From assembly GCA_030141605.1 (NCBI GenBank), contig JAQGDQ010000180.1:372001-436000 (forward strand): DNA of 64,000 bases. The letters are read 5' to 3'. Under the pieces are notes generated by a model. That model made no database searches. It was not told the origin of the DNA and worked only from the letters and a program-made list of their open reading frames with translations. The stretch comes from Tubiluchus corallicola (lineage: Eukaryota > Animalia > Priapulida). Below are positions 15,617 through 27,600 of the stretch, in pieces. The position numbers were made by a program, and so were the translations under genes. Numbering within the stretch: position 1 is the stretch's first letter; every line of letters begins with the position of its first letter.

Positions 15617-18600
15617 ATGAAGACGATTATCTTGGTTGCACTGGTTGGCCTGGCGTTTGGCCGTAAGTATAACTTTATATGTTAGATAGTATACTCTAAG
15701 CTTGCGTTTACATGTTAGATAGTACACTGTAGGATTGCGTTCACATGTTAGATAGCATTCTATAGGATTGCGTTCACATGTTAGATAGTATACTATAAGC
15801 TTGCGTTTACATGTTAGCTAGTATACCAAAGAATTGCGTTCACATGTTAGATATTATTCTATAGGATTGCGTTCATATGCTAGGTAGTATACTAAAGCAT
15901 TGCGTTCACATGTTAGGTAGTATACTAAAGAATTGCGTTCACATGTTAGATAGTATTCTATAGGATTGCGTTCACATGTTACATAGCATACTAAAGGATT
16001 GCGTTCATATGTTAGATAGTATACTAAAGGATTGCGTTGATATGTTAGATAGTATGCTTGCGTTCACATGTTAGATAGTATACTAAGGGCTTGCGCTGAT
16101 AGTGTGAATAGTCTTAAAGAGTTCATATTCTTATTATTGCAATCGATTATGCAACTGTACGAGCTTAGATCTAGAATTTAGCCCGATTGTTCGTTCTGCA
16201 CTTCTCACGGTTCTTGTGAGCTGCTTATTCGATTTCTGACCTGTACAGTCACTAAATTCAACAAATCTGAAATGCTATAAACAGCTTACGCAATGAAATC
16301 GTTTATTAGAAAAGTTATTATTATTGCTCTAATTATCATTGCTGTATATTTTATAATTGCTCTATCCATTCAAATGTTGGTATTTCATTTGCTGAAGACT
16401 TTTGTTGATTTTTGCGATCCACACCTGTTCACAGTTTACCACCTGCCCGTTTCAAGAAAATTAGAGTGTCAGCAAAAATAACGGATATTATTAATCATAT
16501 AATGTTGACTCAACGATCATTAGATCGAGTGCCTGATCGATTATTTGATCATATTAAGCTGACAAATCACTAATCGATTCGATAAGATCGGTTGTTTCAA
16601 TATTTAATCAATATTTAAACTGAAGACAGCTGAGCAGATTTATTTGAGATCAAATGAAACGTTAAATAAAGTAACAGATATTGATCATGCAGATCATTAA
16701 ACTACTTTATGAGATTTTCAAACTTGGGCACATTTTTTTGTTTTTTTTTCTGTTTTTTAACACCAATTATAACAGCACAATGAGCAGTGAGAATGTTCAA
16801 CATTAATTATCGTAAGTACGTAACTAACTCCATGTGACAAATTTCTTTTTTTACAGAGCGATGGTACCCCATTCCAAATTGGAACCCTGAAACATATGGT
16901 GAGTGATTAGGGACAGTTATTTGTTTGCAATAGACGTTATTGTTATTGTTAATGTTATTCTTTAACTCGTAAGCTAAATTATTAATATTAATATATCTGA
17001 CACAGGCAGATCACACTCCCGTGATTTTTTTGCTATAACATGTACTTCGCAGATGTTAATTATCATAGTCAAATAACTAAATATTGTCCTTTGGTCATCG
17101 TCTGACGTGTGTGTCACAATTTATTTTACTTCTATTTAAAATCTGCATTTTCGTTTGTAATTTCTATTTTATTTTACTTTAGGGCCATTCATGCCTCCAA
17201 GCCAGCCCTATGGCCCCTATCGCCCGGACTACATCCGTGAGAGAAGTAAGTCATACATTTAAGTAAGAGTCTTACCTTTTACAGTTAAAACACTTTGATT
17301 TGAAACCGTCTTTGAGTTATGACTGAAATGTTTTCTGTAGAAGTGTGATAATGATATCTCCAGGTAAATATAGCAATTAGCAATGTTTAATACGTTTTTT
17401 GTTTTCCACACACAGCATTCACAGCAGGCCAGGAATATGTGTTTGACTACGAAACCCAGGTACTGACCGGAATTCCGGGCACTAGTCGGCAGTATTCCGG
17501 ATTGAAGATCAAGGCTAAAGCTTATCTCCAATTCCGTAGCCAAACCATCGTGCTGCTTAGGGTAATGTTTATAGTTCATTCTTTATCTAAAAAAGCAAAT
17601 ATACAAGAAGGCGTCCCTCTATTTGCAGGGAGTTGTTCTACATGTAAATAAAACAGATTGATTTGAATATGTTAAGAGTTACATAAATAAAAGGCTGACT
17701 GATAATGATACACAAATGCAGACGACATTAATTTAACGTGAAACAAAGCTGACTGACACACGACACTAATACAGACTACGTTTACAATGTTGATCATACA
17801 ATTTTCATAGGCCTAATCTGTCTAACGGAAATTTCAATACATGGATACAGAATTACACGGAGCATAGATTGATAGATACCAAAACAGACACACTAGTCAG
17901 TCAATAATTTAGCTGAACAAAGTTAGCTTACATACATAATTAGCACAGGGTTTAATTTCAATTTCATTTGTAAAAAGATGGGGGGGGGGTTAAATCATCT
18001 TCAGTTAGACAACTTAGACAGACGTTTCATTTCACAGATACTACTCTTTCACTCTTACTTATCCTACCTTTGGAAACTCAGTCGGCGTTTAAATCATTAA
18101 TTTTTCATTGGGTAAACGTCTTAATTACTGTGTTATCTACATGTATCAATGAGTAATTATCAGAAAAATCTTCAAGTTTGTTGGTCATTTGCAACTCTGT
18201 TGTTACAGCTGGACGAGATCCAGATTGGCAAGTACCACGATCAGCTGCCAGAATACTACGATCCATCTGGACCAAAGACTCTTGATCAATTTGAACCGAT
18301 TGATCGTCAGGATCAACAGCTACTAATTCCTCAGCTCACCAAGCCCGTGTCTTTCTCTTACGATCGAGGCCAGGTTAGTGAAATTACGTGTTTTACGATT
18401 ACGGTTAATAAAACCCAATAGTCACATTCCAAAGAGCGGTGTCTCTTTTTTACATCAGATTCGTATAAGCTGATTCGTACTTTCTCCAAATGTAGTTTTC
18501 AAGTTAAACGAAATTTATTTATGGTTTCTATAATTGTTATTATTGATTTTTCTAGATCAGGAAGATCCAGGTGGAACAACAAGATCCGAAGTGGTCGGTT

Positions 18601-21600
18601 GACATCAAGCTTGGACTCGTCAGTCTGATAAAACTGAACTTCAAACCATCTTCTATTCCTTATGACAAGTCTTTTGGGCTCGATACCAACAGAATTCCGA
18701 AATATTTCCAGATTGGACCACACTACGAAGTCATGGAGGTAACATTATTTATACAATTACTAAGAATGGCTAAGCAACTTCGAATGATTTCAAAAAATGT
18801 GTTTCATTCAAATTTTGTGTCGCAATCTACAAGTTTCTGCCGTTTCTAACCGTCACATCTCCCACTTCTCAGGAAAGCATTGAGGGACGCTGCAAGACAG
18901 CTTACACTGTGACACCAGTCGGATACGAGCAGGAAACCTACCAGGAAGTCCCATTCCCAGGAATGAGAGTAACGAAGATCAGAGATTACAAGACCTGCCA
19001 GGAGAGATCCCACAACTTCCAGACACTTTTCAAAGGTCTTCCATGCTTTACTGGATCAGAGAGGCAGTGCTTTAGAGAATACGATAAGGTAAATGAACTT
19101 CTCTGAAGTGAAGTAACAGATTTACTTTGACAGATTCAAAAAAGGCAAAACTGAAAATTAAACGTTTTCCTTTTGATTGCTTTGCTTCGTTGAGTGGTAA
19201 AATAAGTGACTTAAAATGCTTAAAATGCCATACGGAAATTAACGTCTTTGTTTTGTGCATGTGAACATGCAATAATATACCACTGTTTTACCTAGATACC
19301 TGTCCTTAAGTCTGCTAGCCAAGCTAGTTACATGCTCACTGGAGACACAAATGGTTTCCTTATCCAGAAGGCTTATTCTACTGGTCAGTACGTCTACACA
19401 CCGTATAAGGATGAAAGCCAAGGCAACGCCATCTCCTACACCATGTACGTTCGAATTTAATCTCTACTTGTTGAAAAGGTTTACAGACACATAGCATTTA
19501 TCAGATAGTTATGGTATACGTATAGTACAAAAACGCGATTGTTTGTCTTTTCTGTCTAGTCAGCGCATGAATCTTATTGGCTCTGGACCAATCAGCAGCC
19601 ATATTGAACAGCCATCCAGGAACAGACACATTAGGTCTTTGATTTCCAAGATGGAGATTAGCCGCGAGGAAGGTCCCACCTACAACCCTTCTTCAATGTA
19701 CACCACAACTGATCAACAGACCAAACAACTGTACAAGAACAAAGTAAGCATCTTCTGGCTAGTAGCTATTAACTGTATCGTAAAGAGTAACTATTCATTA
19801 TAGTTGACCATTAACAATATCTTAAAGAGTAACTATTGGATATAGTTAACCATTAACAATATCTTAAAGAGTAACTATTGGATATAGTTAACCATTAACA
19901 ATATCTTAAAGAGTAACTATTGGATATAGTTAACCATTAACAATATCTTAAAGAGTAACTATTGGATATAGTTAACCATTAACAACATCTTAAAGAGCAA
20001 CTATTTATTATAATTAACCATTAGCAATCTCTTAGAAGAAAAGCAACCTGTAAGTTTTATAAACTTGAATTATAGTTCCCCAGAAGTTGGTCACTGATAT
20101 CCTTTTTAACTTACAGGTTATTGAGCTGCTCAAGAGCTTTGGTTACGAAGTCATGAAGCCCATTCCAAACACCATTGTCCCACAGAAGCTGCGCGATATC
20201 CAGCGCCACCTGATACAGATGCCACCTGGTGGCCTAAGAGAATTGTACTCTGAGATTGCCACTGGCCGAGTACTGGATAGACAGGTTCAACAGGTCATCG
20301 TGTAAGTAGAGTTCTGTTACTTTGGGAATTTCGAAAAACTTTGTTGACATGAAAGGTCGTTATCATGTCTGAAAATTTTCTACATCAAAATTCTCATTTC
20401 CTGCTGATGATATCAATATCTTCTCCAACTTTTCGTTATTGCATGAGCTTTTGCGTTTATTTTTCCTCCCTTTTTACAGCGATACTTTGAACGAGATTAT
20501 CCCTGTTCTTGGAACACCGGAATCTGTTGAACTCCTAAAGGAAATTATCACTAACAAGCAAGTGAGCAAAATTCAGGGAATCCAGATGTTCTACCTGGTT
20601 GGAATGGGAGCTCAGCCAATTGAACAGAACTTTGAGATCCTTATGGTAAGAATGTTAAATACATAACCAACAAGGGTCCTACTATAATTCGCATCAAAAA
20701 TAATTTTGAATAATTTTATGACAATATAATTTATAATAATGTTAACTGCCATATAGTTTAGTTTAGACATTCCTGCTTCCGTTTTTCTTCTTTTTCTTCT
20801 TCTTGTTTCATTGTTCGTTTTAAAAATTTTCATCGGTTTGTAATGGCTTGTTAATATGAAACAAACACTTTTTTGTAAAAATATTAATAGTGACACAGTC
20901 GTGTTACCTTATTACAGCAAACCTGTCAAATTATAAGAAACTACAACACCTGGAAGAAGCCATGCTACTTGGCCTTGGCTACTCTTACTAACAAGATCTG
21001 CGAAATTCCAGAAAACAAGCAATCTCTTAACTTGTGCAGCTATGAGGGATATATGGTAATTATTTATTCAATATCGTTTCGTTGACTTTATAGTATTAGA
21101 ATTATTCTGTTTTAATTTACAGACGCAGAAAATTTGTAAAAGATTTCTGGGCCTTTATAAGCTTATCAAATTCGTAAATTATAGAGGTCACTCAACAACT
21201 TAAACACTGAAACTTTATCAAATGTTTCTGGTGTGTTTAGTATTCAATTTGTATACTTATTAAATTCGTAAATTACAGAGGTCACTCAACAACTTAAATA
21301 CAGAGAATTTATGAAAGGTTTCTGGTGCGTTTAGTATGCCACTTGTATACTTATTAAATTCGTAAATTACAGAGGTCACTCAACAACTTAAACACTGAAA
21401 CTTTATCAAATGTTTCTGGTGTGTTTAGTATTCAAATTGTATACTTATTAAATTCGTAAATTACAGAGGTCACTCAACAACTTAAATACAGAGAATTTAT
21501 GAAATATTTCTGGTGTGTTTAGTATTCAAATTGTATACTTATTAAATTCGTAAATTGCAGAGATCACTCAACAACTTGATGCCCGTCACCGAGGAGGAGC

Positions 21601-24600
21601 TTGAGGAACAGATTCTTATTCTGAAGTCTGTGGGAAACTCAGGACAAGAGCATTTCATCCAGCGTATCAGAACCATCATTCTCCAAACTCGTCGTCCACT
21701 AGAAATCAGACTGCAGGCTGTTTATGCTCTTCGTCGCGTTGCAAGAAAGAACCCAGTCTTGGTGAGTCAATGTTAAAAAGTGATGTCTTCCATTTAAATG
21801 TCTGGCATTTGTTTCTTCAATCCAACTAGAAGAATATAATTAATATTGCTAATGATAAAAAATGTTTCACTTTATATAGTTAAAATCATGTCAAACGTTT
21901 CGACTGGCTACTGCTGTCATCATCAGTGGTAAATTTACAAATATACAGCCAGTTTATATAGGCAGAACCTACTACACAAAGCAGTTCGATTCCTTTAACT
22001 TTATTTTCAAACATTTAGCTATTTGTTACCAGTATCAGTTTCTTTTCTTCAGTTCTGCTTAATCATTACCTACTTGGCTTTTCTAAATACAAAATTCGTG
22101 TTTAAGTTGCTGTATCAATTTCTTTACTGCTCTGCTTATTCATTACCTATTTGGTTTCTGTTAACTACATAATTAGCGCATGATAGGCTCTGCCTATATA
22201 AACTGATTGTATGTTTGTAAATTTACCACTGATGATGTTGATGATGACAGCAGTAGTCTGTCGAAACGTTTGACATAATTTTGATTATGTAAAGTAAAAG
22301 TTTTAGTAAAGTTGTGTTGTTTTCACAATGAAAAGATATTAATCATTTATATAGTCTGGTTCACATTTTATATTGCAAACCCATCATCTTGTAATCTGCA
22401 AATGTTGTAGTTTGTATGGATCCTATTTTGATGTTGTTTTGCGGTACCAGTTACAATCCTCAAACGGTTACCTAGTGAAAGAGACCCCCTCTTTCTAATG
22501 TGTTTTGCATCTTGCGCAGATTGCGTCAGTACTGTTGCCAGTCTACAAGAACGTCACTGAAGACTACGAGCTTAGAATTGCCGCTTTCTTGACACTGATG
22601 GAAAGCAAACCAGACAGGACTGTCATCCAAGAATTGGCTCGCAAGCTGAAGTTCGAACCTTCCCTGCAAGTCGGCTCTTTCGTATATTCCTATCTCACAA
22701 GCGTGGCAAACTCAACCTATCCGTGTGCAAGAAGACTGTAAGCATTTAAAACTCAATTTTGTAAAATATATTTTTAGCAAAATCTGTTTCATGTGTATTT
22801 GGCTTATTTTATGTTGCTTTGGCAGTTTTATATCAGGATTGTTGAACTTTTCTACATTTTCTTTTTGTTCTTATTTCAGTGTTAAAGATGTCAAGATGGC
22901 ACTGAAATTTGGCAGAACATTCACCCCTGGAATGCTCTACTCCAAGGGTCTACTTTTTGATTTCTTCCTCGGTAAGACTTTATTTTACTAATTTTGCAAC
23001 GAAACTCGTTGAAAATGTTTGAAAATATAACGTGAAGTTGCAGCAAGTGTTCGACTTCCATATGTTCTTTGACGTGGAACAATATATTCACTATAATTTA
23101 AAACTATTATTCTGAAAAACGTAAGTAAAATCTTTTCAATTTTTATTACAGGCACTTAAATTCTCCTCAGTCCAGCATTAATGGCCATATTTGTGCCTCT
23201 GGCCATTAAGCTGATTTTAATGATTTCAGCATTGTGACCAGAGCTACAAAAAACTGGGACTTATTAATAAAAGAAAATTTATCGATGTACCCTAATAAGC
23301 CTTCTCTTAATGTACAAAGTAGTTCAATTCCTTTTTAACTTTATTCTCAAACACTTAGCTATTTGATACTGTATCAGTTTCTTTTCTTCAGGTCTGCTTA
23401 ATCATTAGCTACTTGGCTTTTCCACAAACATAATTCGTGCTTAAGTTACCCTATCAATTTCTTTACTGCTCTGCTTATAAATTCCCCATTTGGCATCTGT
23501 CAAATATTTAATTAGTGCATAATAGGCTCTGCTTATATAAACTGGTTGTACGTTTGTAGATTTACCACTGATCATAACAGCAGCGACAGCTTATCGAAAC
23601 GTTTGGCATGATTTTAACTTTTTAATGTAAAAGTTTTAACAAAGTTGTGATGTTTTTAACTATAAAATCTCTTTACTTTATGCAGAGAACACTAAGATGG
23701 GACATCAAATCGAAGTCTTTACTATCGGAAGCAAAGAGAGCATCATCCCCAAAGCTGTCACGGCCAAATACAACCATCTAACTAATGGCTACAAGTTTAA
23801 CGTGATTGAGGTAACAGTTGCAGAAAACATATAGTATAACAAAAGTTGTAACAGTGGAAAAACCTGTGAGATTTCTGATGTCTAAATAGAATTTTATCCA
23901 TGAGTCATGTAGCTTGACTGGTTATGATGGTTTGGGATGCTGATAGTAAACGTAACAATGTAATTTAATTAATTTTTGTAAATAGTGCTTCTTGTACAGG
24001 TTGATTTAAAAAGATCAATGTACATTCTGTGAGAAGAAATTGTATTCCCTGATGTAGTCATAGTGGACATTCTTACAAATCTCTTAACACAGGTCTATAA
24101 TTGTCCTAGCTCATTGCTGAAATAGAGGTTCATTTAGGACTTTCGTAAATAATAACTCAATTAACAGTATAATTATTTTCTCCTTTGACGAATTCGTGGT
24201 TTTTTAGAACATTAAGCCATGAAGTTGAAGTGCAACCGAAACAGCAGAAAAAATACTAGCTCTTTTAGGTCTTGAGGTCCATTATTCATTAAGAAATATG
24301 TAATGTTATAACTGTACCTTGTAGGCTGGAGTACGCATGCAAGAAGTTCATTAAGAAATATGTAATGTTATAACTGTACCTTGTAGGCTGGAGTACGCAT
24401 GCAAGGAGTTCATTAAGAAATATGTAATGTTATAACTGTACCTTGTAGGCTGGAGTACGCATGCAAGGAGTTCATTAAGAAATATGTAATGTTATAACTG
24501 TACCTTGTAGGCTGGAGTACGCATGCAAGGAGTTCATTAAGAAATATGTAATGTTATAACTGTACCTTGTAGGCTGGAGTACGCATGCAAGGAGTTCATT

Positions 24601-27600
24601 AAGAAATATGTAATGTTATAACTGTACCTTGTAGGCTGGAGTACGCATGCAAGGAGTTCATTAAGAAATATGTAATGTTATAACTGTACCTTGTAGGCTG
24701 GAGTACGCATGCAAGGAGTTCATTAAGAAATATGTAATGTTATAACTGTACCTTGTAGGCTGGAGTACGCATGCAGGAAGTTCATTAAGAAATATGTAAT
24801 GTTATAACTGTACCTTGTAGGCTGGAGTACGCATGCAAGGAGTTCATTAAGAAATATGTAATGTTATAACTGTACCTTGTAGGCTGGAGTACGCATGCAA
24901 GGAGTTCAATCACTTTATGACAACATCTATGGACCACGTGGATCTTGGCCTAACGCACGCTCTCCCTTCGACACAGTCACACGAACACCAAGAACTTACG
25001 ATACCTACTACGACGAGACACTTGAAATTAACAGGAAGGTAAGTGTAAACAACTTCATAGCAATGGCGAATTGAAAGAAATAATTCAATAGTTAATTACT
25101 GTACAGTTTATTAGAACAAGTGAATAGTTTTTACATAAAATCCCAGAATGTTGTTTACTAAATTTTACGAATGTAAACAACATTCAACGTATAATGTGTT
25201 TGATATAGTGATATGAAAATAAACTCTATAGTGTTTTCTTGAATAACTTACCAAAGTATATTATGATTATCTGCATGTAAAACTTAGTATGTCTTGAAAA
25301 TTCATTAGTTGCAATAATAAAATTTTTATAAACAACATAGTGGAATTTTACTACGTAAGATCAGTTGATTCTCAACATAAATTATTAGATAGCAGTAATG
25401 AATAGTTCAACAATAATTAGACGTGTCATAAGTGGGCTTCGAACGCGTATCTTACATCAGTTTTTTTTCATAGTTGAATATCGTTCACCGTAGAACTGAA
25501 GTTCCAAAACTGTCTGCCTATCTGAAGCTCTTTGGCAATGAGATCTACTTCGCGAACTTGGACAAGAGAATCTTTGACGAGCTGGTTAACGAAGGTAAGA
25601 AGTTAATTAGCTTGAAAATAAGACACCTCTCTTCTGAGACTAGCGATGGTAATAATTATAAAGAAGAAAAAGTGTTTTAAGTTTCAAAAACTTTTTTTCA
25701 GGAGCTTTCGTCCTTCACGGACTTCATCGGTTGAAACTACTTCATCGGTATAACCTATGAAAGATCTAAGCCATACAAGTAGTTTCAGTTGAAGAAGTTG
25801 ATTATAAGAATTTATTTATTTCATGTAAATGAGCTACTACAATATAGAATCAGCACTACAGTAGCACTCTTTCTATGACATGATTATTAATTGTCCCCCC
25901 TACGTTTTTTTAACAGGAACTTTCTCCATCAGCGACATTGAGAGCAGACTGCGTTCTGGTTTTGACATCAGCTTCACAAAAACGCACCCCATAATCCACT
26001 CTGAGGTGACCATCCCCACTCACGTGGGTCTTCCACTACAACTCCACATTCACGGCAGTGCCATGATTACAAATGTTGGCACCATCAGAACTGACTTCCA
26101 GCCGTCCTTCTACCGCCAGCAAATGTACACCGTGCCGTCCAACATTGAAGTCATCGCCGATATTAAGCCAAAGTAAGTCATTTGCTATGATTTCATTTTC
26201 AGTATAGACAATGCGTAAATTGAAGCGTTCGTTAATTGCTGTTTTCGCTGAAGTAATGCCAATTGTAGAGCTGCGGGATGTGTTCGCCGTGTTCATTATG
26301 TTCATTTTTCTATAACAGTTTGGTATGATTTCTGATTCAATATCAAAATCATATTAAGTACAGGGGCACAGAGAATATGTAGTTTCCGATACGGGCAAGG
26401 GTAAAAGGGCTGTTACAGCACTTTGCGAGACGTGTCTTGTGCCATTTTGGTGGGAATATCTGTGTGGATTCTGAATAAAAGTATCGCGTAGTAAGTGTGA
26501 TTTACGTTTAATGCGGATCCGGATGCGGATGTGTTTTCCACATGTGGAACAGCTTGCAGAATGGCCTGTGGAAAAAAATCAATAGGGGTAGCTGCAAAAA
26601 AAGAGTAACGCATGCGCAGACTGCATAAACGGGTGCATTGAAAACGATATAAACCGATTTTGTCTTTTCCGCACCGACAAAACGCATCCGCATCTTCATG
26701 CTACATAAACGCCAATTGAATGAGGTTGTGAAGAAGATATAGTAGTATTATTAATTATAGTTACATCTACGTCCTGAGAACTCACTGAATTACGTATTAA
26801 TTAGTAGTAATGTCATCTTACAGGGTCATGCTAGACGTTGTGGGCAATTTGACCGTGAAACTGGCCACTCTTGAATCTGGTGTAACAGTTAGAGGCTCTG
26901 CAGGCATCCAAGTTCCAATTACAGGAGCCGTCCATGTTGACTTGAACACAATGTCGGTCGTCTCTAACATTGTTCCTATCCAGGTATTATAGTAACTTAT
27001 AACATAAACAATTCATAGACTTCGATTATTTAATGCTTACGATAGCAGCATATTTATGTACAACAGTGAAACATTTGGCTTAGGTATTCTTAAGGAAAGT
27101 TTTAAAGATAAGATGGCCATAAGTAATCGAAAACAAAGATTTATACACCAGAACGAACGAAATTTATAGGAGTTCATAAGTCAAGATCCGAAAATTAAGA
27201 TGGCTAGGACATCTTCTAAGATTACCAAGTGAAGTACCAATAAGAATTGCCTTAAAGGAAGCCTTAAAACCTTGCAAAAACCAATCAGGCAAAACCAAAA
27301 ACTACTTGGAAAGCTAAGATAAATAAAGATGTTCAAAAACTTCAACCAAATCTTTCTTTAGGAGTAGAAGAACTTACACTGCTAGCTGCAGATAGCAGTG
27401 GGTGGAATGCTCTAATAAATGTTGATACCTCAATGCCTACAATAGGTGGAATGAGATTTTGAAGAAGAAGAAGAAGAAACAATTTAAAACAGTTTGCAAA
27501 ATAAAAAACATCTTCTTGAATTTACTCCAATGTTCAAACATTACTCGTTCATTGTTTTGTTAAATCATATTGTTTCTTTTCTTTTGTCAGACTGAGACTG

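Noticed and set aside
24285-24908. CRISPR-like appearance of regular arrays (also 10845-11195, 12998-13585, 58590-58990)
   Set aside because: Head-to-tail repeats with no unique spacers and no cas genes, in a eukaryotic context.
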